Counted from the first letter of the stretch, positions 1 to 8,738 are shown. The stretch: 64,000 bases of DNA from Candidatus Bathyarchaeota archaeon (GCA_963767735.1 CAVYES010000005.1:448001-512000), one strand, 5' to 3'. The notes: generated by a model from the letters alone, not told the origin. Translations and numbers: made by a program.

Positions 1-2
1 AC

Positions 3-122
3 AAAATACTGTACAGTACAAGAGACCTAAAAAGAAATGTCAGCACTGGCAACTTCGTTGAGGCTCCAGCAGAAGCTTCTTCGATGTTTTCAGAAAAATT
101 TCAGGAGATGAATGATCCATGA
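3..122 (+). CDS. 3' end of siroheme decarboxylase subunit (AhbA/AhbB, NirDLGH-like), partial
   Basis: Frame from nt 3 reads KILYSTRDLKR...NDP*, similar to the LYSTRExKK C-terminal motif of AhbA/B; its stop overlaps the ahbC ATG. Confidence 0.6.
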   Translation, partial: KILYSTRDLKRNVSTGNFVEAPAEASSMFSEKFQEMNDP

Positions 123-1267
123 ATAATATTACAAAGCTTTGGTGTGGCATTCCAGGTTCGATGGATCACTTACGATATGGCGCTGAAACTCACCAAAAAC
201 CAGTTGTTGTTTGGAATACTACACGGCGTTGTAACCTCAATTGTGTGCACTGCTATTCTAAATCCGAGAATAAGATTTACAGCAACGAATTAACAACCGG
301 TGAAGCCAAAGTTTTTGTGAAAGACCTAGCGGATTTCGGTGTTAAGGTACTGCTGTTTTCCGGTGGAGAACCCCTGCTTAGGGGCGACCTTTTTGAAGTT
401 GCGCGTTACGCTTCTGATCAAGGTTTAAGAGCAGTGCTATCTACAAACGGCACACTAATTACAGAGGCTGTGGCGCAGCAATTGAAAAATGCCGGGTTCT
501 CTTACGTAGGAATTAGTTTAGACGGCATAGGTGAAACTAACAACAAGTTTAGAGGCAAAAAAGAAGCCTTCGAGATGGCAGTTAAAGGAATTCGGAACTG
601 CCTTAAAGCCGAGGTTAAGACGGGTTTACGCTTTACCGTCACAGCATATAATTTCAAGGATCTTCCAGAAATTTTTGAACTCATCGAAGCGGAAGGAATC
701 CCTCGAGTATGCCTTTATCACTTGGCATACGTTGGACGGGGAACCGAAATTACAAAAGACGACCTAACACATGAACAGACACGAGAGTTCATGGATTACG
801 TTTTAAAGAAAGCCGAGACTTTCCACAAAAAAGCCTTAAACACTGAAATCTTAACCGTTGATAACCACGCGGATGCCGCCTATCTGTACCTTAAACTGAA
901 AGAGAAGGACCCGAAAAAAGCTGCAGAAGCGCTCCCGCTTCTAAAATTAAATGGCGGTAACAGCTCGGGCACAGGGATAGCCTGCGTTGATTTTAATGGG
1001 TATGTTCATCCAGATCAATTCTGGCAACATTATTCACTTGGCAATATACGCGACCGTAAATTCAGCCAAATATGGAGTGACGACTCTGAACCGCTGCTTC
1101 GAGCTCTCAGAAACAGAAAAAGTCACCTTCACGGCAAGTGTACAGAATGCCAATTTCTCGACATCTGTAACGGCAACCTCAGAGTTAGAGCGGAAGCAGT
1201 TTATGGAGATGTATGGGCATCTGACCCCGCCTGCTACTTAACTCCGCAAGAAATAAGACCCAATTAG
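119..1267 (+). CDS. ahbC: Radical SAM/SPASM 12,18-didecarboxysiroheme deacetylase (alternative heme biosynthesis)
   Basis: KPVVVWNTTRRCNLNCVHCY motif, GNSSGTGIACVD, C-terminal SPASM cysteines; next to ahbD. Confidence 0.85.
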   Translation: MNNITKLWCGIPGSMDHLRYGAETHQKPVVVWNTTRRCNLNCVHCYSKSENKIYSNELTTGEAKVFVKDLADFGVKVLLFSGGEPLLRGDLFEVARYASDQGLRAVLSTNGTLITEAVAQQLKNAGFSYVGISLDGIGETNNKFRGKKEAFEMAVKGIRNCLKAEVKTGLRFTVTAYNFKDLPEIFELIEAEGIPRVCLYHLAYVGRGTEITKDDLTHEQTREFMDYVLKKAETFHKKALNTEILTVDNHADAAYLYLKLKEKDPKKAAEALPLLKLNGGNSSGTGIACVDFNGYVHPDQFWQHYSLGNIRDRKFSQIWSDDSEPLLRALRNRKSHLHGKCTECQFLDICNGNLRVRAEAVYGDVWASDPACYLTPQEIRPN

Positions 1268-1279
1268 AAGGTATACAGC

Positions 1280-2326
1280 GTGAGCGCAACCGACAAATCG
1301 CACTCTTCTGAAATGCATGAGGTTGCGCCGAGAGTTGTGGCTTGGGAGTCTACGCGCGCCTGCAATTTTGCGTGTGTCCACTGCAGGGCTGAAGCGCAAA
1401 AAGAGCCTGATCCTAAACAACTCACAACCCAAGAAGCCCTCAATTTGGTGGATCAAATCGCCGAGTTATGTAAGCCCGTGTTCATTATAAGTGGCGGTGA
1501 TCCTCTTCAGAGGAAAGATATCTTTGAAATTGCCTCATACGCTTCCGGTTTAGGTTTGAGAGTAGTTATGTCTCCAAGCGGCAGCAACTTGACCGCAGAC
1601 ACATTTGAAAAAATGAAGGCTGCTGGCGTAAAGATGATTTCACTTAGCCTTGACGGTTCTAACGCGGAAGTGCATGATAATTTCAGGCAGGTTGCTGGCG
1701 CTTTCAATTTGGCTATGAAGAATATGTCGTTGGCTCGTCAAAGCGGATTTGCTTTTCGCATCAACACAACTGTCACCCAACATAACCTCGATGACCTCTT
1801 CAACATTCAAAAGGTAGCCTCCGAAATGGGAGCGCGTGAATGGGACGTCTTCATGCTGGTGCCGACGGGTCGCGGAAAAGTGAAGATGGAAATAACGCCA
1901 GATCAATACGAAGCGACCATCCAGTCTATCTATAAAGCGAGCCTCACCTCGCCAATTCCAATCAAAATGACCTGCGCACCCCAGTACATGAGAGTTATCG
2001 CCCAGCAGCAAAAAGAAAACCGCCAACCCCACGCAGGCGGCAGAGGATGCATGGCTGGCAACGGGTTTTGTTTTATCTCACACGTCGGAGAAGTCTTCGG
2101 CTGCGGCTTCCTCCCAATCTCAGCCGGCGACATCAGGCAACAAAAATTTAAGCAAATCTATCAGCAATCACCTTTGTTTGTTCAGCTGCGGAATCACGAG
2201 TCGCTTAAAGGAAAATGCGGCATGTGCGAGTATAAGGCGTTGTGCGGCGGTTGCCGTGCAAGGGCATTATCCATACACAAAGACTACTTAGAAGAAGAGC
2301 CCTACTGCATTTTCAAACCCAAATAG
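1280..2326 (+). CDS. ahbD: Radical SAM/SPASM heme b synthase (Fe-coproporphyrin III decarboxylase)
   Basis: AWESTRACNFACVHCRAEA, KMTCAPQY, GCMAGNGFCFISH, CGMCEYKALCGGCRARA. Confidence 0.85.
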   Translation: MSATDKSHSSEMHEVAPRVVAWESTRACNFACVHCRAEAQKEPDPKQLTTQEALNLVDQIAELCKPVFIISGGDPLQRKDIFEIASYASGLGLRVVMSPSGSNLTADTFEKMKAAGVKMISLSLDGSNAEVHDNFRQVAGAFNLAMKNMSLARQSGFAFRINTTVTQHNLDDLFNIQKVASEMGAREWDVFMLVPTGRGKVKMEITPDQYEATIQSIYKASLTSPIPIKMTCAPQYMRVIAQQQKENRQPHAGGRGCMAGNGFCFISHVGEVFGCGFLPISAGDIRQQKFKQIYQQSPLFVQLRNHESLKGKCGMCEYKALCGGCRARALSIHKDYLEEEPYCIFKPK

Positions 2327-2597
2327 AATTCTGAAATCCTGCAGTAATCAGATCGTCAAGGAAGAAAAAGCTCGAATGTGACGTTAGTAATTTCGCTTCG
2401 TCACGCAGCCAACATAGCCAATTCGAGACGAGATTTGGCTTTGGTTTTCTTGGCTTTCTCTTCTTTGGGCTCTGCAAGTTTCGCAAGGTCCGATGGTACC
2501 ATATTTGGTAAGCAACACATAGTCTTTCACAAAAATAATACTGTGAATTATTCTTAAGTATATGTGGTTGTCATAATGGAGCCACACCTTTGTTCAC

Positions 2598-2610
2598 ATT
2601 AAATTTTAAT
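2598..2610 (+). repeat. Left target-site duplication ATTAAATTTTAAT of the Cas1 element
   Basis: Identical 13-mer at 11080-11092; both copies lie immediately outside the TIRs. Confidence 0.9.
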
Positions 2611-2895
2611 CAAAAAAAAAATAATTGCTTTGTTGATTCCTCATGGAACGATACGAGCATGACCCCAAGAGCCCTCAGGGTTCTGCGCTTCGGAATGACG
2701 AACCATTGCCACTTCGCGCATGTGTTTTTTTTGATTCAGGGCATGCCAGAAAGAACACTGAGCACGTCAAGAAAGGTAGTATATCCTCAGTTCATTAGTA
2801 ATTACTCTCACTTATCATACACTACCTTTGTTTAATTATCATACACTACCTTTGTTCATAACGCCTAACTAAAGAAATTAGGGATATGTGAGGCT
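2611..2895 (+). repeat. Left terminal inverted repeat (285 bp)
   Basis: Reverse complement of 10795-11079, no mismatch found by eye; contains tandem 21-mers TTATCATACACTACCTTTGTT at 2812-2832 and 2836-2856. Confidence 0.95.
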
Positions 2896-3649
2896 ATTAA
2901 GGAAGGCTGACTTGTCGTTGAGTTCTGGGCAAGTCTTAAATCTGAATAGCAAAGAAAGTAGGATAGAGGAAATAAAAACGGAATCAGAAAAAAAGCAATC
3001 AGAAAAAGGCAACTGGGAAAAAACAGCTATTATTATTAGCATAATAAGCTTAATCGTTTCAACGAGTTTGACAGCCGTTATAGCATATACCAGTTATCAA
3101 GTAATAGAAAAGGCTGATAATATAGAAAATAACAGCCTTTTGCTACAAATAATGCAAAATGGCTATACCCCAAAAATTTCTGTGAGTAATCCCCAAATTG
3201 TTGTTCTTCAACAAGAAAATAGCTTATTTGATAATTGGACTTCACCCACTGAATGCTATGGGTGGGTAAATGGTTCAATTAATATCATGACTCCTCAAGT
3301 TGGAACAGTATCCATTAGCATAAGTAATTTCTCAATAAGCGACGATTATTCATACCTCTTACCAGAAAAAACAAATTTAACGATTGTTGAGCCAGTTCCT
3401 TCTTATTATCCCCAAGGTATCAATGATGTATATAATGTAGGTGAGGGTTTAACTGGATACAATTTTAGCCTTCCAATAGAAGCTTCATTTTATCCAAACC
3501 CTGAAAAACTACCTGTCAATACTGACTCTATTTTTCCTATCGGATATCTGCTTCTTAAAGCAAATTTTATCCCTCAAGCGACAAACTTCATACCACAAAC
3601 AGAATATTTTTCGGTAAATATCTTTGTTGACGTAAAGAATTATCCTTGA
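2888..3649 (+). CDS. Membrane-anchored extracellular protein (cargo); true start probably further downstream
   Basis: One TM helix (TAIIISIISLIVSTSLTAVIAY) then an N/S/T-rich domain with many NxS/T sequons. Confidence 0.65.
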   Translation: MRLLRKADLSLSSGQVLNLNSKESRIEEIKTESEKKQSEKGNWEKTAIIISIISLIVSTSLTAVIAYTSYQVIEKADNIENNSLLLQIMQNGYTPKISVSNPQIVVLQQENSLFDNWTSPTECYGWVNGSINIMTPQVGTVSISISNFSISDDYSYLLPEKTNLTIVEPVPSYYPQGINDVYNVGEGLTGYNFSLPIEASFYPNPEKLPVNTDSIFPIGYLLLKANFIPQATNFIPQTEYFSVNIFVDVKNYP

Positions 3650-3710
3650 GAGATTCCAGAGTGCATTAAACGGTTAGGGCTATTACCGAGTACATTCAAG
3701 GGTTAGCGCG

Positions 3711-3770
3711 CTAAGAAAGGCTTGCGATTCGAGGATTCCATTCCTTTATTTCTTCTCGCAAATATTTGGC
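3711..3770 (-). pseudogene. cas1: Relic of a cas1 3' end (AKYLREEIKEWNPRIASLS*)
   Basis: Matches the C-terminus of the intact Cas1 (AKYLREEIPDWNPRIATLVPS*) and has the same TAGCGCGCTA palindrome at its stop. Confidence 0.85.
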
Positions 3771-3854
3771 GTGTGCGTATTGTTTTCAAATTCATAAACC
3801 ATAATTCCATGTGACTTTCAAATTGTACTTTGAAGATAGCGAAGAAGGACTGAG

Positions 3855-4133
3855 CTTAAAACGAAACCCGAGTTATATACTTGCGTTAGTTGCGGAAAGA
3901 ATCATTTAAAATTATCAGAGATTGTTTGGATGAAAGAATATGAAGATGGAGACATTGACTTATCAACTGTTAGATGTGTGTCATGCCATGCGCGATTCTT
4001 GCCTACTACTTTGGTAGGTAAACTTCCTGAAGATGTTTTAAAAACTATAGACAAACCCCTCAAGAAATATGGCAAGAGAGTCAACCGTAATTACGACAGA
4101 AGAACCGTTAGACGAGCGCTGAAGAAGTCGTAA
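3855..4133 (+). CDS. Small zinc-finger protein (CVSC...CVSC), basic C-terminus; start uncertain
   Basis: The frame is open upstream of the listed ATG 3930 and adds a first CVSC (YTCVSCGKNH) to pair with RCVSCH. Confidence 0.5.
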   Translation, partial: LKTKPELYTCVSCGKNHLKLSEIVWMKEYEDGDIDLSTVRCVSCHARFLPTTLVGKLPEDVLKTIDKPLKKYGKRVNRNYDRRTVRRALKKS

Positions 4134-4144
4134 TAGCGCGCTAT

Positions 4145-5185
4145 TCAGGAAGGGACTAACGTAGCTATCCTCGGATTCCAATCAGGTATTTCCTCTCGCA
4201 AGTATTTAGCAAACAGCAAGGCTTCTTCAGCTATCAGCGTCTCTACCTCTTGTCTTTTCCCTACTTTAATCCTCGGGATTTCTACTTTGCTCCTGAAGAA
4301 AAGGCTTAAACTTTTCAGGAACTCGTCATTTTTCGCTCCGTTCAAATATTGTCTCTTGCCTTTTCTATTATTTGAGAAGGCTTCCTCTCTAAGCACGAAG
4401 TCCTTTTCTTTAAGGATTGATGCGTACTGAATAACGAAGTCGTCTACCAAAAATCTGTACAGCTCCTCAAAGTCACACACTAAGGAGGGCTTACCAAACT
4501 GCAAGCTGTGCAGAAAGCCCAAGTATGGTTCAAGCTTAGCTTTGATTAGCGCGGTATGAACGCGCCAAGATAAAACCGTGTAGGCGAGGTCAAGCAGATT
4601 GTTCGTTTTGTCATACGCTTTAAACGTCGTTCTGTTCTTAGGTCTCATGTACTCAGGGAAAAGCTCGAATATTTGCTGGAAGTATTGAGAAGCGCAATGC
4701 CCTTCGATGTTTGTTAAGGTATGCCTGAGGGTACTCAATGATTTAGCTTCTGCGTTCTTTACCTGCTCGTAACAAAAAGGGTCGAGCCTGTGCAAACCGT
4801 ATTTGCTGAGCAGGCTATCCTGTCCTCTTAGCTTGCCAATAAGAAACGCTTTCGCTATGTCAAACGACTTACCACTGGTAAAGGCTTGATACTGAGACAG
4901 CCGATTAAGGACATGAGAAGAATTGTCCAAGCCTACCAGAACGCCTACCGCGTGACCTCTCGCGGTTTCTACAATAAGGTCTATTCCAAAATAACAGCAA
5001 GTAACCAGCGCTCCGCTGCTGACCGCGTTACCTGAACGGATTTCTATTTCACCTATCGTGTTCATGTTTAGCGGGTATTTTCTTTTGTTGCCTTTGAAAT
5101 CCCGAACGAACAGGCAACCTTCTTCTCTGCCCAAAAAATAGCCCGAGCTATCTAAATTTAATTTCTCAGTTTTCGTTCCTTTCAC
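4145..5185 (-). CDS. cas1: Casposase (Cas1-solo integrase)
   Basis: Cas1 catalytic motifs NIEG, LEPYLGFLH, SLVCDFEELYR; lies inside a TIR/TSD element with no other cas genes. Confidence 0.92.
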   Translation of the reverse strand: MKGTKTEKLNLDSSGYFLGREEGCLFVRDFKGNKRKYPLNMNTIGEIEIRSGNAVSSGALVTCCYFGIDLIVETARGHAVGVLVGLDNSSHVLNRLSQYQAFTSGKSFDIAKAFLIGKLRGQDSLLSKYGLHRLDPFCYEQVKNAEAKSLSTLRHTLTNIEGHCASQYFQQIFELFPEYMRPKNRTTFKAYDKTNNLLDLAYTVLSWRVHTALIKAKLEPYLGFLHSLQFGKPSLVCDFEELYRFLVDDFVIQYASILKEKDFVLREEAFSNNRKGKRQYLNGAKNDEFLKSLSLFFRSKVEIPRIKVGKRQEVETLIAEEALLFAKYLREEIPDWNPRIATLVPS

Positions 5186-5308
5186 GCTCTATCCTCCTCC
5201 TTAATAGGGTATATAGTAAAGGGGAGCTATTTTAGCTTTAAACGTCAAAAGGGCTTATTTTTAGCCATATTAGCCGTTTTAGGCGCAATATTGTGGCTAT
5301 TTAGGAGC

Positions 5309-5345
5309 TCGTAGCCTTAAGCTACGAAAAGGCTTTATATAGTAT
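5309..5345. promoter_or_regulatory. Inverted repeat TCGTAGC-N5-GCTACGA next to a BRE/TATA-like AAAAGGCTTTATATA
   Basis: Seen in the AT-rich divergent intergenic region between cas1 and the ATPase. Confidence 0.4.
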
Positions 5346-5641
5346 ATAAGGAGGGTTGGACTTTTTAAACTATTTTTAAGCTCTAAACGTAAAATGACTT
5401 AAAATTCTTCCCCTATTAGCTATATTCATGTTTAAAATAGGCTTATTAGGATAAATTAAGCCCGATTTGTAGACTTCATGGATTTTGAAAAAAGATTTTT
5501 TAACTTGTTTATTTAAAAACGCGGGTATATACTACGAATTTAAGTATTAACGTATAAAAGCCTAAAATAGAACGAACCGAACGTAGAGGTTATAGATAGC
5601 CCGAATTTAGGAGATTAGGGATATGTCAAAGACAATAGGGC

Positions 5642-6493
5642 TTGAACCAATTGAAGAAATTCCTGAGATATTCCCTGTACTCAGGGTTTGTCAAGAACAA
5701 GAAAAGACCCGTATCGGCTTTGATTATGGCGCATCCAGAGAGGGCTAAGAGCACGGAGACTCTCAAGTTCGAAGGTCTTGGGATACTTTACATGACCGAT
5801 TTGACCCACTATGGTCTTATGGAAGAGCTAAAAGACATGCCAGCCGACAAAAGAGAAGCGTTGCATCATCTCGTAATACCTGATTTGGAGAAACTCCGAA
5901 CAAGAGGAAAGAGCGTCAGGGAAGAACTTATGTCTTGCTTTAGGGACTTGACCGAGGAGGGCTTGGGAAGAATGCATACGGGAAAGATAAACGTAAACTT
6001 TGACCCTCCCGTTGTTATGGGCGTTATAGCCTGCACCACTCCAGAAGACATAGGCGACAGGAGAAGCATACTCAGGAACGTAACATTCCTGTCCAGATTT
6101 ATTCCCTTTACTTACGATTACTCAGACCAAATGAAGATAGACATACTTAATTTCGTTGAAAAAGAGGATGAATTGACCGAAAGAAAAGACCAAATAATCG
6201 GAAAGGTGGCAAGAGTCGAATTGCCAGAGAGTTTGGCGGGCGAATTGACAACCTATGCAATTTATCTCGCACATAGAATACAGAAATTCGCTTCTACAAA
6301 ATCTGTAGACGGGAAAGACAGCCTGTTTGGAGTTAGGGCGAAAGAGAACCTTATGACGCTGTTAAAGAGCATAGCGTTGTACAACGGAAACAGAACGGTG
6401 GAGAAGGAAGACTTGAAAGAACTAATGCACCTCTACAAGTACATGAACTTCAATTTTAGGGAGATGGATGACAGAATATTCGGAGGTGAGTGA
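5642..6493 (+). CDS. MCM-clade AAA+ ATPase core without MCM N-terminal domain; possible true start ATG 5623 with a +1 frameshift
   Basis: Walker A-like AHPERAKST, Walker B-like LVIPD, Arg finger FLSRF, sensor-2-like GVRAKENL. Confidence 0.6.
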   Translation: MNQLKKFLRYSLYSGFVKNKKRPVSALIMAHPERAKSTETLKFEGLGILYMTDLTHYGLMEELKDMPADKREALHHLVIPDLEKLRTRGKSVREELMSCFRDLTEEGLGRMHTGKINVNFDPPVVMGVIACTTPEDIGDRRSILRNVTFLSRFIPFTYDYSDQMKIDILNFVEKEDELTERKDQIIGKVARVELPESLAGELTTYAIYLAHRIQKFASTKSVDGKDSLFGVRAKENLMTLLKSIALYNGNRTVEKEDLKELMHLYKYMNFNFREMDDRIFGGE

Positions 6494-6893
6494 GATTGGA
6501 CACAATTCCTGGGCGCGAATTTATGGGGATATTCATGCGAACAAGTATTACATAGACATGAAAGGCGCATACACTCGTGAGGAAATTAATAGAAGGGTCG
6601 AAGCTGCAGAAAAAGCTGCGCTATACCTCGGTCGTCGAGGAGACCTCGACCCTCAAACTGTCCGACAAAGGATAGCCCGTCTGGCGAAATTAAGAAAGGC
6701 TGACATCGGAAGCCGCGCCATCTCGGAAGCGCGAAGGCATCCTGACGGAATGGTAAACCTGACGCTGCATTACGGGCGTGATAAAGCCTTCGGCATGAGA
6801 ATTGACCGCATGCAACGCCTTAGGAGATTGGAAAAGACGCGAAGAGCGGAAAGGATGGAAAGGATGCGGAAAGCAAGGTTCGACAGAGGTTGA
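6468..6893 (+). CDS. Highly basic Arg-rich protein, possibly nucleic-acid binding
   Basis: Composition; overlaps both neighbours in an operon. Confidence 0.6.
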   Translation: MTEYSEVSEIGHNSWARIYGDIHANKYYIDMKGAYTREEINRRVEAAEKAALYLGRRGDLDPQTVRQRIARLAKLRKADIGSRAISEARRHPDGMVNLTLHYGRDKAFGMRIDRMQRLRRLEKTRRAERMERMRKARFDRG

Positions 6894-7198
6894 AAGAAAT
6901 GGTTGACGTAAGCACGCTCTTAATTTCTATGGTAACGGGATTATTCGCTGGAATAGGAACGACTGTCGGAACTTACTTGGCAAACAAGCATCTCGTCGAG
7001 AACATGAAGAAATTAGAGAAGGCTGCAGTCGAAGCCATAAGAGCACCGTTGTTCCAAGCAGAACGCAACGCGGAACCCTTATACCCTAAAGGGTATTCCC
7101 AAAGACGCATCAGGAATACCCGTAGTAAATTCCCTTATCACGTTACTCGCCCAGAAAAGCGCGGTCATCCCCGTAAGGTTATTGAACACACTCGATAG
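6890..7198 (+). CDS. Small membrane protein (N-terminal TM, basic tail)
   Basis: LLISMVTGLFAGIGTTVGTYLA; GAGGT RBS-like site; coupled to the upstream ORF. Confidence 0.6.
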   Translation: MKEMVDVSTLLISMVTGLFAGIGTTVGTYLANKHLVENMKKLEKAAVEAIRAPLFQAERNAEPLYPKGYSQRRIRNTRSKFPYHVTRPEKRGHPRKVIEHTR

Positions 7199-7224
7199 AG
7201 TACGCTTTAGGTTGGTGTCAAGTT

Positions 7225-7383
7225 TTGGACTTATTCGGAAGTGCTATAGCGATAGCGCTTATCCTTGTATTTTTCATCATGGCGCTTGGGTATATCGGCT
7301 TTGATAGAGTAGGGCAAGCCCTTCGCTCGCTCTGGGAAGCCTTTAGTGCAATATGGGTTATTCTTTTTGGAACATCCCCGTAA
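7225..7383 (+). CDS. 52-aa hydrophobic membrane protein (MDLFGSAIAIALILVFFIMALGYIGFDRVGQALRSLWEAFSAIWVILFGTSP)
   Basis: Hand translation, TTG start, below the ORF-track cutoff; fills the gap in the operon. Confidence 0.55.
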   Translation: MDLFGSAIAIALILVFFIMALGYIGFDRVGQALRSLWEAFSAIWVILFGTSP

Positions 7384-7534
7384 AGGCAGATGCGAGATTT
7401 TGCTTAAAAGGTTGGAACATACTCGGAAGAGTATAGCCGAATGGGGAAAACGAAATGAAATAGAAAGCCTGATTGTAGTCGTCGTACCCGTCGCGGTTTT
7501 TATCGTGGTAATTTTCTTGGCGAAATGGTTGTGA
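7346..7534 (+). CDS. Small protein with C-terminal TM helix; start probably near 7400
   Basis: SLIVVVVPVAVFIVVIFLAKWL. Confidence 0.5.
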   Translation: MQYGLFFLEHPRKGRCEILLKRLEHTRKSIAEWGKRNEIESLIVVVVPVAVFIVVIFLAKWL

Positions 7535-7540
7535 GTCCTT

Positions 7541-7684
7541 ATGGACATATCCAGCATATTCGGTACATTACTCGGGGCAGGCATTCTTGTTGCTTTCATA
7601 ATCTACGTTATGGTGAAGATAGGAATTTTGGGCAGGTTCGTTCGCGCTGTTAGCTCGCTCTTGCATTTAATATTCGGGGATTAA
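7541..7684 (+). CDS. 47-aa hydrophobic membrane protein (MDISSIFGTLLGAGILVAFIIYVMVKIGILGRFVRAVSSLLHLIFGD)
   Basis: Hand translation, ATG start; pattern resembles the 7225-7383 ORF. Confidence 0.55.
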   Translation: MDISSIFGTLLGAGILVAFIIYVMVKIGILGRFVRAVSSLLHLIFGD

Positions 7685-7686
7685 CA

Positions 7687-7959
7687 ATGCCACAGAAATA
7701 CTGGATAAAAGAAAAACTTGGATGTAATGAGCGGTGGGATTGTTCTCGCTGCGCAAAAATGCTGTCTTGTCTGGATAAGGCTATGGGAAAGCCAGATTGC
7801 GAAGAGCCCGAAGCAGAAGTAGAAACGAAGCCTAAAGAAACAACCCCAAAGAATAAACCCAGAAAGGAACCTGACAGCGATTTTAAAAAGTCACGAGGTT
7901 GCAAACGGGTTATTAAATGCAATTGCTGTAGGGAATTTTTCGTTAACTGCTTTCCTTAA
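7687..7959 (+). CDS. Cys-rich small protein with two similar Cys clusters
   Basis: GCNERWDCSRCAKMLSC and GCKRVIKCNCCREFFVNC separated by an E/K/P-rich linker. Confidence 0.55.
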   Translation: MPQKYWIKEKLGCNERWDCSRCAKMLSCLDKAMGKPDCEEPEAEVETKPKETTPKNKPRKEPDSDFKKSRGCKRVIKCNCCREFFVNCFP

Positions 7960-7979
7960 TGAATGAGGAGGTGATAAGG

Positions 7980-8021
7980 ATGGCAAAAGCACCAAAAAGA
8001 AACCCGAAAAGAAACATGTAA
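7980..8021 (+). CDS. 13-aa basic micro-ORF MAKAPKRNPKRNM
   Basis: Strong GGAGGTGA RBS just upstream. Confidence 0.3.
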   Translation: MAKAPKRNPKRNM

Positions 8022-8028
8022 GTGAACC

Positions 8029-8286
8029 AAGCGAAAGCTCCTCAAAGGCTTAGGGTTTTCCATTCGGGAATACCCAAAGAACTTTTGGGAATACCCTGTA
8101 GGGTAAAACCCCAAGGCTCAGAATGAAGGCGCTCCTCACCTAAGCGCGTACTCAGAGTAGCCATTGCTGCCAGCTATTCGGTACTGCGCAGTCGCGCTTG
8201 GAGCGTGAGGAGCCGAGGTTTCGCTTAGGTTTTTCCACATCCTCGTTGAAAGATGCGGCTCAAGGTTTTCTCACCTCGTCTTTCAA
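8029..8286 (+). ncRNA. Candidate structured RNA (multibranch plus 3' hairpin)
   Basis: Nested stems 8029-8040/8215-8226, 8049-8059/8105-8115, 8073-8079/8083-8089, 8131-8139/8205-8213, 8142-8148/8193-8199, 8155-8161/8173-8179, 8246-8255/8277-8286; several G-U pairs on the + strand. Confidence 0.55.
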
Positions 8287-8377
8287 GCCTTCCTGAAATG
8301 CCCCTTACTGAGAAATCTGTGTCCCTCACTACATATAACACTAAGAAGTCTTAAATCTGAAATAATACTATGACTAA

Positions 8378-8728
8378 ATGGTGAATGTTATGAGTAGAAT
8401 ACCAGAATTTGAAATAAAGGATAGCGAAAACTTCAAAATCATTTACTCTACAGGTGTATTTGGCGGTCTTGCGCCAAATGACGGAAGAATGGTTTTGTAT
8501 ATAGATTTGCTGAAAACAAAACCAGTTAGAGGAGAACCTGGAAAGGAAGAACTTGACAAAATTGTTAGGGAAAGGGAAGTTGAAATTCACCTGTCACCAG
8601 CAACTTGGAAAAGTATTGCAAAATGGATGACCGCGCATGTAGAGCAACTTGAAAAAGTTTATGGAAAAATACCTGAAGAACCAAAAAGTATCATTCCACA
8701 AACACAATCTGGAAATCCTATCGTTTAG
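8378..8728 (+). CDS. DUF3467-like small protein
   Basis: FKIIYSTGVFGG...EREVEIHLSPATWKSIAKWM pattern. Confidence 0.55.
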   Translation: MVNVMSRIPEFEIKDSENFKIIYSTGVFGGLAPNDGRMVLYIDLLKTKPVRGEPGKEELDKIVREREVEIHLSPATWKSIAKWMTAHVEQLEKVYGKIPEEPKSIIPQTQSGNPIV

Positions 8729-8738
8729 ATGGTCTTTT

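Noticed and set aside
2590-2835. 81-aa ORF duplicated at 10855-11100 (minus)
   Set aside because: The shared translation is a by-product of the TIRs; both starts lie outside the element in unrelated flanks
7231-7922. Minus-strand ORFs 7231-7599 and 7650-7922
   Set aside because: Antisense shadows of a coupled plus-strand operon
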